Positions 20,300 to 29,843 of a stretch of 61,261 bases of DNA are shown here, piece after piece. Within the stretch, counting starts at the first letter, position 1, and each line of letters opens with the position of its first letter. The stretch covers positions 1-61,261 of the forward strand of contig CABUNR010000004.1 in NCBI GenBank assembly GCA_902492995.1, in the 5' to 3' direction. The notes under the pieces are model-generated. The model searched no databases. It was not told the DNA's origin and was given only the letters and a program-made list of their open reading frames with translations. The position numbers and the translations under genes were made by a program. This DNA is from an uncultured Bacillota bacterium. Lineage in GTDB: Bacteria > Bacillota_I > Bacilli_A > RF39 > UBA660.

Positions 20300-22329
20300 T
20301 AGTATATTATAAAATCGAAACAGAAGGATATAATGATATAACAGGAACTGCAAAAGTAGTAATAACAAAAGCAGCTGGAACTGTAGTGGCTCCAACATCA
20401 AAGACATTAACATATACAGGGACATCACAAACTCTAATAAATAGAGGAAGTTCAAGTACAGGATCAATAAGATATAAATTAAATGATGGAAGTTATAGTG
20501 AGAATTTACCACAAGCAACGAATGCTGGAACATATACTGTTTACTATAAAGTGGTAGGAGATAGTAATCATAAAGACGTAGCAGAAAATTCTATTAAAGT
20601 AACAATAGAAAAAGCAACAGGACAAGTAACAGCGCCAACAGCAAAAAACCTAGCATATACAGGAAGTGCACAAACTTTAATAAATGCAGGAAGCTCAAGT
20701 ACAGGAACAATACAGTATAAATTAGATAATGGAAGTTATTCAACGACACTTCCAAAGGCAACAAATCCAGGAACATATAAAGTTTATTATAAAGTAGTAG
20801 GAGATAGTAATCATAAAGATGTAGCAGAATCAAGTATAAATGTAACAATAGATAAAGCAGTAAATTTAATAAAACTATCAAGTAATGTAGGGACATATAC
20901 ATATCCAAAAAGTGGAACATTTGAAGTAACAAGTAATCCAAGTGGAGGAGCATTAAGCTGTATATCAAGTAATACAAATGTAGCTACTTGTTCAGTAAGT
21001 GGCTCAAAAATAACAGTAACACCTGGAACAAAAGAAGGAACTGCAACATTAACAATAAAAAGTGCAGAAACAGCAAATTATAAAGCAGGACAAGCAGCCT
21101 ATGTAGCAACAACAGAAAAAGGATTATTAAGTGTAACAGTAAATGGATATAATAAAGCATATGATGGAGCATCACATGGAATCGTAGTAACAAGTAGTGG
21201 CGCAACAATAAAATATGGTGCGACAGAAGGAACATACGATAAAGATGAAAGTCCAACTTATAAAGATGTAGGTGAATATACAGTATATTATCAAGTAACA
21301 AAAGCTGGATATAAAACAGTAACAGGAAGTGAAAAAGTAGTTATAACAAAAGCCAATGGAAAAGTAACGGCACCAACTGCTAAAACCCTAACTTATACAG
21401 GAACAGCCCAAACATTAATAAATGCTGGAAGTTCAAGTACAGGAACAATTGAGTATAAATTAGAAAGTGGAAGTTATTCAACAAGTTTACCACAAGCAAC
21501 GAATGCTGGAACATATAAGGTTTACTATAAAGTAATAGGAGATAAGAACCATTTTGATGTATCAGAAAACTCAATAAATGTAACAATAGGAAAGAAAGTA
21601 GATACAATTACAGTAACAGCAAAAACATATATATATGATGAAAATGCAAAAACAGCAAGCTTCAAAACAACAAGTGGCTTAACACCAAGTGCGACATATT
21701 ATAGTGAGGCAAGTTGTACAACAACAGTAAGTAGTCCAACTGATGCAGGAGTATACTATGCAAGAGCAACTACTATAGGAAATAGTAATTATAGTGCAGG
21801 AAGTTTAAGTTGTACAAAAGCTATAACAATAAATAAAGCAGGAAATACATTACTATTATCAAGTAATAAAGGAACATATACATATCCAAATAGTGGAACA
21901 TTTACAGTAACAAAAAATATAAGTGGAGGAGCATTAAGCTGTTCATCAAGTAATACAAATGTAGCTACTTGTTCAGTATCAGGAAGTACAATAACAGTAA
22001 AACCAGGAACAACTAAAGGAACAGCAAATATAACAGTAACAAGTGCATCAACAACAAATTATAATTCACAAACATCAACTCATGTAGCAACAACAGAGGA
22101 AGGATTACTAAGTGTAACAGCAAGTGGATATACAGGAGATTATGACTCTAAAGAACATGGAATTGTAGTAACAAGCTCTGGCTCAACAATAAAATATGGA
22201 ACAAGTGAAGGAACATATAACTTAGATTCAAGTCCAAAATATAAAAATTTAGGAACATATACAGTATATTATCAAGTAACTAGGCTTGGATATAAAACAA
22301 TTACAGGAAGTAAACAAGTTATAATAAAA

Positions 22330-23109
22330 GATTTATCTGCACCTAGTACACCAACTATTACAAATCCAACAAATGGAAATTGGACAAATAAAGATTTTAG
22401 TTTAACAGTATCTTCAAGTGATAATGTAGGAATTGCATATTATCAATATAGTTATGATAATTCAAACTGGACAACATATGCTAATTCAGCAGCAACTACA
22501 TATGTAACAACAGCGTTTAGTATAGAAAGAAATCAATTAGTTTATATAAGAGCGTGTGATAGTGCTTTAAATTGTTCAAGTTCATCATCAACTTATATAA
22601 GAATTGATAAAACAGCTCCAACTGTGCCATCACTTACTGGAACAAATACAAGTTGGACAAATCAAAATATAAATGTTAAGCCATCATCAACTGATTCGGG
22701 TTCTGGAGTAAATCATTATGAATCATATTATAGTGGTTCATGGCATAATTATCTATCTAATGATTATTTTACTAGTGAAAGAAACGAGACAGTTTATTTT
22801 AGAGCATGTGATAATGCTGGAAATTGTTCTGGAAATGCTTCGACTGAAATTCATATTGACAAAACAGCTCCAACTAAACCAACATTATCAGGAACAAATG
22901 AAAATTGGACAAATCAAAATGTAAATGTTAGACCATCATCAATTGATTCAGGTTCAGGCGTTGATCATTATGATGCATATTATAGTGGTTCATGGCATAA
23001 TTATCCGTCTAATGATTATTTTAATAGTGAAAGAAATGAACTTGTATATTTTAGAGCATGCGATAAAGCTGGTAATTGCTCTGAATCATCATCAACATAT
23101 ATAAGAATT
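22330..23109 (+). repeat. Three tandem coding repeats (276 + 252 + 252 bp) encoding DKTAP/NWTN...YFRACD..GNCS modules
   Basis: Unit boundaries fall at 22330, 22606, 22858 and 23110 (GAT/GAC AAA AC. .C. CC. motif). Units 2 and 3 are clearly similar at the DNA level. Confidence 0.8.
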
Positions 23110-23714
23110 GATAAAACTACACCTTCAATATCAATAAACACGAAAGCTTTTTATAATCAAAACTTATCAATATATTCTGTATCATACGGAAAAAGTGGTG
23201 GAGCAACAACTTGTATTAATCAAAGTGATGGAAATAAGACAGTATCAAATGTAAATAATTTAGGAAGTTTGGGTTCACATAAAATTACGTGTACGGCAAC
23301 AAGTAATTCTGGAATGAAAGCAACAGCAACAACAAATTTAGTAATTAATGGAATGTTTTCCTATGGAACAGGACTAAGCTTTATAAGCCCAGCTTATGCA
23401 AGTGGTAGCAGTATTATAATTCCACAAGGTGGAATTCAGTATGGCCCATATATTCCGGTGTTACCAGGCTGCTATCAGATTTGGTACAATGGTAATGCTT
23501 TAAATGCAAGTAAAGATGTTTATAAGGCATATAGTGGAGCCGGTGCTGGACCACATTACTCATTAATTAATCAAAATTATATATCTGAAAATTCTAATTA
23601 TTATTTACAATTTAATTCATCAGTTTCTGATTTAGAAACAACAATTTATAATAATACTGCATCAATAATAACAGTCAGGGATGTAAATATATGGTATATT
23701 GGTACTTCATGTTA

Positions 23715-23745
23715 AAAATAGTGTAAATTACGCTATTTTTATTTT
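23715..23745 (+). terminator. Rho-independent terminator after the giant pilin gene
   Basis: AAAATAGTG / CGCTATTTT stem (one G-U pair) followed by a T-rich run. Confidence 0.6.
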
Positions 23746-23804
23746 ATTTATAAAAAAAATTGCTAAAATATTAATAATTTGATATTATATAAATAGGTGA
23801 TAGT

Positions 23805-24224
23805 ATGAAAAAAAATGGTTTTACACTAATAGAGCTTTTAGCAGTTTTAACAGTACTTGGATTAATTTCATTAGTAACAGTATCTACAATAACTGGAACA
23901 TTAAAATCATATAAAAATACATTATATGAAAATCAAATTAATAATATAGAAGCTGCAGCAAGATTATGGGCATCTGATAATATGTTAAAATTACCAAATG
24001 ATGATTCATCAACTGAAGTTTGTGAATACGTAAATTATAATAATTGCTCAGATAATTATTATAAGCTAGTTATTACTCTTTCTGAACTTCAAAAAGGTGG
24101 ATATCTTGATACAGATTTAAAAAATGCTAAAACAAAAAAAACATTTGAAAATATAAATATAAATATTATAAAAAAAGGTAAAAAAATTATCTATGAAGTA
24201 AATGATACAGAAAATGAAAGTTAA
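23805..24224 (+). CDS. Type IV pilin / ComGC-like pseudopilin (prepilin N-terminal cleavage/methylation domain)
   Basis: MKKNG|FTLIELLAVLTVLGLISLV: a canonical class III signal with Gly-1, Phe+1 and Glu+5. 139 aa, with its own promoter-like TTGCTA-17-TATTAT upstream. Confidence 0.85.
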   Translation: MKKNGFTLIELLAVLTVLGLISLVTVSTITGTLKSYKNTLYENQINNIEAAARLWASDNMLKLPNDDSSTEVCEYVNYNNCSDNYYKLVITLSELQKGGYLDTDLKNAKTKKTFENININIIKKGKKIIYEVNDTENES

Positions 24225-24247
24225 ATGCTATAGAGGCATTTTTTTTC
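24223..24247 (+). terminator. Rho-independent terminator
   Basis: AAATGC (24223-24228) / GCATTT (24236-24241) followed by T7. Confidence 0.6.
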
Positions 24248-24280
24248 TAGACTAAATTTTACAAGAATGATAAAATAAGG

Positions 24281-25021
24281 ATGGTGATTAAAGTGTTATA
24301 TACAAATACAAAAAATAATAAAATAAAAGGAATTAAGAAATTAAATCAAAAAAAATATCGTGATAGAGAAAATTTATTTTTAGTGGAAGGGGAACATTTA
24401 GTTTTAGAAGCATATAAAAAAGGAATGATAGAAGAACTTATTTTAGAACAAAATGTTGTTTTTCCACTTGATGTTCCAACTATTTATGTTACAAACGATG
24501 TTATAAATTATATAAGTGAATTAGATACGCCACAAAACATTATGGCAGTATGTAAAAAAATGGAAGAAAATAATAATTATAATGATCGTATATTAATTCT
24601 TGATGGAATACAAGATCCTGGTAATTTAGGAACCATTATTAGAAGCTCAGTAGCATTTAATATAGATACAATTATTTTAAGTGATGATACGGTTGATTTA
24701 TATAATAGTAAAGTTGTAAGAGCTAGTCAAGGACTATTATTTCATGTAAATATTGTAAAAAAAGATTTATTAGAAATATTACCAAAATTAAAAGAAAATA
24801 ATTATAAAATAATAGGAACAAAAGTTACTCATGGAAATAGTTTAAAAACACTTGCAAAATTCAAAAAATTTGCTATAATAATGGGCAATGAAGGAAATGG
24901 AATAAAAGAAGAAGTAAGCGAAATGTGTGATGAGTTTGTTTATATAGAAATGAATGAAGCATGTGAAAGTTTAAATGTTGGAGTTGCTACTAGTATAATA
25001 TTGTATGAATTAGATAAGTAG
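24281..25021 (+). CDS. TrmH/SpoU-family RNA 2'-O-methyltransferase (RlmB/YsgA-like)
   Basis: SpoU motifs LDGIQDPGNLGTIIRS, IIMGNEGNGI and LNVGVATSIILYE. Confidence 0.85.
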   Translation: MVIKVLYTNTKNNKIKGIKKLNQKKYRDRENLFLVEGEHLVLEAYKKGMIEELILEQNVVFPLDVPTIYVTNDVINYISELDTPQNIMAVCKKMEENNNYNDRILILDGIQDPGNLGTIIRSSVAFNIDTIILSDDTVDLYNSKVVRASQGLLFHVNIVKKDLLEILPKLKENNYKIIGTKVTHGNSLKTLAKFKKFAIIMGNEGNGIKEEVSEMCDEFVYIEMNEACESLNVGVATSIILYELDK

Positions 25022-25028
25022 GTGTTTT

Positions 25029-25523
25029 ATGGATTTTATATATGTAGGTGAAATAGTAAATACTCATGGAATAAAAGGAGAAGTTAGAATTATTTCTGAT
25101 TTTAAATACAAAAAAGAAATATTTAAAAAAAATTTTAGATTATATGTAGGAAATTTAAAAAAGGAATTAATAATAAATACTTATAGAATACATAAAATAT
25201 ATGATATGGTAACATTTATTGGAATAAATGATATTAATGATGTTTTAGATTATAAAGGACAAAAAGTTTATATAAATAGAGCAGATTTAAAAATAGATGG
25301 AATTTTAGATGAGGATATTATAGGATTAGATGCAATTAGTAAAGAAAAAAATATCGGAGTTGTAGTAGATATTTTAAAGAGCAAAGCACATGATATTTTA
25401 GTTGTAGAAAAAAATAACAATAGAAATTTAATTCCATATATAAATGAATTCATAGAAAAAATAGATTTAAAAAATAAAAAAATATATATTAAAGAGATTG
25501 AAGGATTACTAAATGAAAATTGA
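25029..25523 (+). CDS. rimM: Ribosome maturation factor RimM
   Basis: [17 protein letters not shown]-terminal RimM block and a PRC-barrel C-terminus. Located directly upstream of trmD. Confidence 0.9.
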   Translation: MDFIYVGEIVNTHGIKGEVRIISDFKYKKEIFKKNFRLYVGNLKKELIINTYRIHKIYDMVTFIGINDINDVLDYKGQKVYINRADLKIDGILDEDIIGLDAISKEKNIGVVVDILKSKAHDILVVEKNNNRNLIPYINEFIEKIDLKNKKIYIKEIEGLLNEN

Positions 25524-26184
25524 TATTTTAACACTTTTTCCTAAAATGTTTGAAGGATTTTTAAATGAATCAATTATAAAAAGAGCACAAGAAAAAAAAA
25601 TAGTTGAAATTAATATTTATGACATTAGAAATTATACAAAAGATAAACATAAAAAAGTAGATGATTATCCATATGGTGGAGGGGGAGGCATGGTCTTGAT
25701 GTGCCAACCCGTTGTTGATGCAATAGAAACATTAAAAACAGAAGATTCAAAGGTTATTCTTATGTGCCCTCAAGGAAAAAAATATAATCAAACTACTGCA
25801 TACGAATTAAAAAGCGAAAAACACATAATATTAGTATGTGGACATTATGAAGGTTATGATGAGAGGATAAGAAATTTTGTCGATTTAGAAATTAGTATAG
25901 GTGATTTTATTTTAACAGGTGGAGAAATACCAGCAATGGTGGTTACAGATAGTATAACAAGATTACTAGATGGTGTTATAACAAAAGAATCATATGAAAA
26001 TGAATCATTTAATAATAACTTGTTAGATTATCCAACTTATACTAAACCACAAAATTTTAGAGGAATGGAAGTTCCAGATGTATTACTTTCTGGTCATCAT
26101 GAAAATATAAATAAATGGAGGGCTTTGGAAAGTTTAAAAAGAACCGAAAAAAGAAGACCAGATTTACTAAAGAAGGATGATTAA
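25513..26184 (+). CDS. trmD: tRNA (guanine37-N1)-methyltransferase
   Basis: [51 protein letters not shown]. Confidence 0.95.
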   Translation: MKIDILTLFPKMFEGFLNESIIKRAQEKKIVEINIYDIRNYTKDKHKKVDDYPYGGGGGMVLMCQPVVDAIETLKTEDSKVILMCPQGKKYNQTTAYELKSEKHIILVCGHYEGYDERIRNFVDLEISIGDFILTGGEIPAMVVTDSITRLLDGVITKESYENESFNNNLLDYPTYTKPQNFRGMEVPDVLLSGHHENINKWRALESLKRTEKRRPDLLKKDD

Positions 26185-26644
26185 TATGGAAAAAACTTAT
26201 ACAATAGTAAAAGAACAACATAATGGTGAAAAAGTATATATAGATTATACAAAATTTAAGGGCTTTAAAGTTAAACCAAGAAATCATATTAAATATGATG
26301 GAATAAAAGTTAATTCACTTGTTATTATAAAACCATCATTCATAGAAAAATTATTAAAGAAGAAAGTGAAAAGAAAACTTGATTTTTATCTTCAATATAT
26401 AATTTCTATTATGGATAATGATAATGATGAAGAAGGAGAAACTGGAAATTTACGTCTTGCACTTGATGATTTAGAAAGATATAAATCAATTGTTGAATAT
26501 AAATATAGAAAATATTTAGATCAAAAATATATTAATCTACTTTTAAAGAAAATAGAATTATTAGAACGAGAAATAAAAATGAAATTAATTTATAAACAAG
26601 AAGAAGTTTATGATATGGAAGAAGTAAGAGGAAAATCAAGATAA
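26177..26644 (+). CDS. Hypothetical protein (occupies the position where rplS usually follows trmD)
   Basis: 155-aa ORF with no recognised motifs and a coiled-coil-like C-terminus. The ATG at 26186 (MEKTYT...) is better spaced from the SD AAGGA than the ATG at 26177. Confidence 0.5.
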   Translation: MINMEKTYTIVKEQHNGEKVYIDYTKFKGFKVKPRNHIKYDGIKVNSLVIIKPSFIEKLLKKKVKRKLDFYLQYIISIMDNDNDEEGETGNLRLALDDLERYKSIVEYKYRKYLDQKYINLLLKKIELLEREIKMKLIYKQEEVYDMEEVRGKSR

Positions 26645-26713
26645 TTATGTATAAATATCTTTTAAAATCCAAAAATAAAAAATAAAGAAAAGAATAAACT
26701 TAAATAAAAGATA

Positions 26714-26742
26714 TTTACAAAATGAATAAAATGTGTTAGAAT
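26714..26742 (+). promoter_or_regulatory. Sigma-A promoter for rplK-rplA (TTTACA-17-TGtTAGAAT) with a ~110-nt structured leader
   Basis: -35 at 26714-26719 and extended -10 at 26734-26742. The leader at 26749-26861 contains the hairpins CTATATA/TATATAG and CTTAAG/CTTAAG. Confidence 0.55.
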
Positions 26743-26861
26743 TAATGCTGGCTATATATTTTTATATAGGATTAATAAGTGGGAGCGCGGATAATAACCA
26801 CTTAAGAGTGATCTTAAGGCATTAGAACCACTCGCGAAAAAAATAATAGGAGGTGTTTTTC

Positions 26862-27287
26862 GTGGCAAAAGAAATTACAAAAGTAATCGGACTTCAAATA
26901 GAAGCTGGAAAAGCAACACCAGCACCACCAGTTGGAACAGTTCTTGGACCAGCAGGTGTTAATCTACAAGAATTCTGTACAAAATATAATGATGCAACAA
27001 GAGATAAAATGGGAGATATATTACCAGTTAAAATAACTGTTTATGAAGACAGAACATTTGACTTTGTTATTAAAACTCCACCAACAGCTTTCTTAATTAA
27101 AAAAGCTACTGGATTAAAAAAGGGATCTACTAAAGGATCTAATGAAGTTGTTGCTAAACTTACTCAAGAACAATTAAAACAAATCGCAGAAACAAAATTG
27201 CCAGATTTAAACGCATATACAGTAGAAGATGCAATGAAAATTGTAGCTGGTACTGCTAAAAATATGGGCGTTGAAATCGAAGGATAA
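26862..27287 (+). CDS. rplK: 50S ribosomal protein L11
   Basis: GTG start after AGGAGGTG. (M)[33 protein letters not shown] is the canonical L11 sequence. Confidence 0.95.
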   Translation: MAKEITKVIGLQIEAGKATPAPPVGTVLGPAGVNLQEFCTKYNDATRDKMGDILPVKITVYEDRTFDFVIKTPPTAFLIKKATGLKKGSTKGSNEVVAKLTQEQLKQIAETKLPDLNAYTVEDAMKIVAGTAKNMGVEIEG

Positions 27288-27357
27288 TAATATACATATA
27301 GGTTATAACCTATGTGGAAGGACAAATCCGCTTGTACCACATAAGGAGGTTAAATAA

Positions 27358-28053
27358 ATGAGAAAAAGCAAAAAATATTTAGAAGCTTCAAAAAAAGTAG
27401 AAAAAAATAAATTATATACAAAAGAAGAAGCAATAAAATTAGTTAAAGAAACATCAATTACAAATTTTGACTCTTCAGTAGAACTTGCAATGAGACTTAA
27501 TCTTGATACTAAAAAAGCAGATCAACAATTAAGAGGAGCAATCGTTTTACCAAATGGAACTGGAAAAACTAAAAGGGTTTTAGTTTTAGCTAAAGGAGAA
27601 GCTGCAAAAGCAGCTAAAGAAGCTGGAGCTGACTATGTTGGAGATATGGATTACATAGAAAAAATCGAAAAAGAAGGATGGTTCGAATTCGATACTATGA
27701 TAGCTACTCCAGATATGATGCCTCAATTAGGTAAAATTGGTAGACTTTTAGGACCTAAAGGATTAATGCCAAATCCAAAAACTGGTACAGTTACAATGGA
27801 TACTAAAAAGGCTGTTGAGGATGTAAAAAAAGGACGTGTTGAATATCGTACAGATAGTTATGGTAATGTACATGTTTTAATTGGTAAAGTTTCATTTGAT
27901 GATTCAAAATTAGTTGAAAATTTAGATGCTTTTGTATCATTAATTCAAAAATCAAAACCATCAGTAGTAAAAGGAAAATATATTTTAAATGTTTCAGTTT
28001 CATCTACTATGGGACCTGGTGTTAAAATTGATACAAATAGCTTTGACTTTTAA
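27358..28053 (+). CDS. rplA: 50S ribosomal protein L1
   Basis: SKKYLEA...[14 protein letters not shown]...[14 protein letters not shown]. Confidence 0.95.
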   Translation: MRKSKKYLEASKKVEKNKLYTKEEAIKLVKETSITNFDSSVELAMRLNLDTKKADQQLRGAIVLPNGTGKTKRVLVLAKGEAAKAAKEAGADYVGDMDYIEKIEKEGWFEFDTMIATPDMMPQLGKIGRLLGPKGLMPNPKTGTVTMDTKKAVEDVKKGRVEYRTDSYGNVHVLIGKVSFDDSKLVENLDAFVSLIQKSKPSVVKGKYILNVSVSSTMGPGVKIDTNSFDF

Positions 28054-28071
28054 TTATATTTGTGATATAAT
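28043..28071 (+). promoter_or_regulatory. Sigma-A promoter for rplJL (TTGACT-17-TATAAT, TG-extended)
   Basis: -35 at 28043-28048, 17-nt spacer, -10 at 28066-28071 preceded by TGA. Confidence 0.7.
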
Positions 28072-28077
28072 TAATTT

Positions 28078-28190
28078 GTTCACATGAAAATTGAATATTT
28101 GTACCGTAGACAGTAGGGGAGAAATCTTAATTATCCTACCGAGGAACTTTTATAGATTCTTGGCCTTACTCTACGTAAGGCTTTTATATG
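28078..28190 (+). promoter_or_regulatory. Ribosomal protein L10 (rplJ) leader with attenuator hairpin
   Basis: ...GTACCGTAGACAGTAGGGG...CCTACCGAGG... pairs (GTAGG/CCTAC), followed by the terminator-like GCCTTAC/GTAAGGC stem (28163-28180) plus TTTTAT. Position and shape fit the Firmicute L10 leader. The family call is from memory. Confidence 0.55.
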
Positions 28191-28217
28191 GTACTTTATA
28201 TGAATGGAGGTGCAGAT

Positions 28218-28709
28218 GTGGCTAATCAAAAGATAATAGAAGCAAAAGCTAATGTTGTTTCTGAGATTGAATCAAAAATTAAAGATTCATCTTCTGTTGT
28301 TTTATTTGAATATAGAGGACTTACAGTTACTGAAACAAATGAACTAAGAAGAAAACTTAGAGAGACAGACTCTGAATATAAAGTATATAAAAATACTTTA
28401 ACAAAAAGAGCACTTGATAATTTAAATATCGATTTATCTGATAATTTAAATGGACCAAAAGCTATTGCATTTGGTAAAGATGCAGTAGCACCAATTAAAG
28501 TTTTGAGTGATTTTGCAAAAGAACATAAAGCACTTGAACTTAAAGCTGGAATAGTTGATGGAGAAGTTGCTGATATAAAAATGTTAAACGAACTAGCTTC
28601 AATCCCATCAAGAGAAGGATTACTTACAATGTTTGCAAGTGGACTTCTTGCAATACCAAAAGATTTTGCAATTTGCTTAGATTTACATAGTAAAAATTTA
28701 GAAAGTTAA
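28218..28709 (+). CDS. rplJ: 50S ribosomal protein L10
   Basis: GTG start 5 nt after GGAGGTG. The ORF opens at 28188. ..IEAKANVVSEIESKIKDSSSVVLFEYRGLTV.. is the typical L10 sequence. Confidence 0.92.
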   Translation: MANQKIIEAKANVVSEIESKIKDSSSVVLFEYRGLTVTETNELRRKLRETDSEYKVYKNTLTKRALDNLNIDLSDNLNGPKAIAFGKDAVAPIKVLSDFAKEHKALELKAGIVDGEVADIKMLNELASIPSREGLLTMFASGLLAIPKDFAICLDLHSKNLES

Positions 28710-28730
28710 TAAAAAGAAGGAGGAATTAGA

Positions 28731-29096
28731 ATGGCAAAATTAAGCGCAAAAGAAATTATAGATTCATTAAAAGAAATGACTCTATTAGAAATTAAAGAAG
28801 TAGTAGATTTAATGAAAGAAGAATTTGGAGTAGATCCAAGTGCTGTAGCTGTTGCAGCTGCACCTGCTCAAGCAGTAGAAGAAGGACCAAGCAGTGTTAA
28901 TGTTGTATTAACAAGTGCTGGTGCTAATAAAATCGCTGTTATTAAATTAGTTAGAGAAATAACTGGTTTAGGATTAAAAGAAGCTAAAGATGTTGCAGAC
29001 AACGGTGGAGTTGTTAAAGAGAAAGTTTCTACAGATGAAGCTAATGAATTAAAAGCTAAATTTGAAGAAGCTGGAGCTACTGTAGAATTACAATAA
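28731..29096 (+). CDS. rplL: 50S ribosomal protein L7/L12
   Basis: Ala/Val-rich hinge and C-terminal GLGLKEAKD...EEAGATVEL. Confidence 0.95.
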   Translation: MAKLSAKEIIDSLKEMTLLEIKEVVDLMKEEFGVDPSAVAVAAAPAQAVEEGPSSVNVVLTSAGANKIAVIKLVREITGLGLKEAKDVADNGGVVKEKVSTDEANELKAKFEEAGATVELQ

Positions 29097-29163
29097 TTAT
29101 TATTGGGTTAGCCTGTACTAAAAATATTAGTATGGGCTTTAACCGTCTATAAAAGGAGGTATT

Positions 29164-29757
29164 ATGTCACATTATTTTACAAACGATAACATACAGAGTA
29201 ATGAAAAAATAATCAAATGTAAAATTAATAATATCTCTTTTTCTTTTTATACGGATAATAATGTTTTTTCAAAAAAAGGATTGGATTTTGGAACTAGATC
29301 ATTACTTGAAAATCTAGAAGTAGAAAAACTACATGGCGATATATTAGATTTTGGATGTGGTTATGGTCCAATTGGAATATATATATCAAAAATAAAAAAT
29401 ATTAAAGTTGATATGATTGATATTAATTTAAGAAGCATAGAATTAGTTAAGAAAAACGCTTTATTAAATAATACTGCTATCAATGTTTTTGAAAGTAATT
29501 TATATGAAAATATAAAAGGGAAATATGATTTTATAATTTCTAATCCACCAATAAGAGTAGGAAAAAAAATACTATATGAAATACTTTTTGATGCAAGTAA
29601 GCATTTAAAAGAAAATGGTGAATTATGGATAGTTGTTAATAAAAATCAAGGAGCAAAAACAATTTTAAAAGATTTAGAAAAAAAATATAAGGTTACACTT
29701 ATAAATAAAAATAAAGGATTTTATATAATTAAGGCTCAAAATCAATTGACAAATTGA
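29164..29757 (+). CDS. Class I SAM-dependent methyltransferase (RsmC/YbxB-like)
   Basis: Motif I ILDFGCGYGPIG and motif IV ISNPPIRVGK. It occupies the same position (rplL to rpoB) as B. subtilis ybxB. Confidence 0.8.
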   Translation: MSHYFTNDNIQSNEKIIKCKINNISFSFYTDNNVFSKKGLDFGTRSLLENLEVEKLHGDILDFGCGYGPIGIYISKIKNIKVDMIDINLRSIELVKKNALLNNTAINVFESNLYENIKGKYDFIISNPPIRVGKKILYEILFDASKHLKENGELWIVVNKNQGAKTILKDLEKKYKVTLINKNKGFYIIKAQNQLTN

Positions 29758-29843
29758 AAAGATTTTGGTAAAATTATAAATTGGTTGTATGTACTTATTT
29801 TTATAAGTACACTCTTTGTTAAAATAGTATATGGGGTGAGAAA

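Larger units (their letters stand above)
17731..23715 (+). pseudogene. Giant modular type IV pilin-like adhesin (about 1,993 codons) interrupted by one in-frame TAA
   Basis: ORF fragments 17731-19119 and 19417-23715 are in the same frame, and translation is continuous across 19120-19416. The only stop is TAA at 19117-19119, where paralogous repeats encode Glu. The N-terminus has a prepilin leader and cleavage/methylation motif KKG|LTLIELLAVIVILAIIAL. Downstream are about 20 Ig-like/MBG-like repeats, three DKTAP repeats and a C-terminal globular domain. Confidence 0.75.

Noticed and set aside
18189-21607. Eight minus-strand ORFs (65-127 aa) inside the giant pilin gene: 18189-18386, 18434-18706, 18719-18973, 19394-19669, 20189-20533, 20594-20977, 20984-21301 and 21380-21607.
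   Set aside because: All are Leu/Tyr/His/Phe-rich low-complexity translations of the antisense strand of a stop-poor repetitive gene rich in GAA, AAA, ACA and GTA codons. They have no RBS and no recognisable domains, and they overlap a clearly coding plus-strand frame.
27288-27357. Hairpins between rplK and rplA (TAGGTT/AACCTA and TATGTGG/CCACATA) as an L1 autoregulatory binding site.
   Set aside because: The stems are real, but I cannot recall the Firmicute L1 site well enough to match it. They may simply be intercistronic structure, so I did not call a feature.
8946-28217. Extended N-termini suggested by the ORF track for ruvA (8946), add (14090), rplK (26853), rplJ (28188) and the GerE-like gene (4561).
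   Set aside because: Internal starts (8979, 14117, GTG 26862, GTG 28218, 4603) have properly spaced SD sequences and give the canonical conserved N-termini. The upstream extensions overlap neighbouring genes or leaders.
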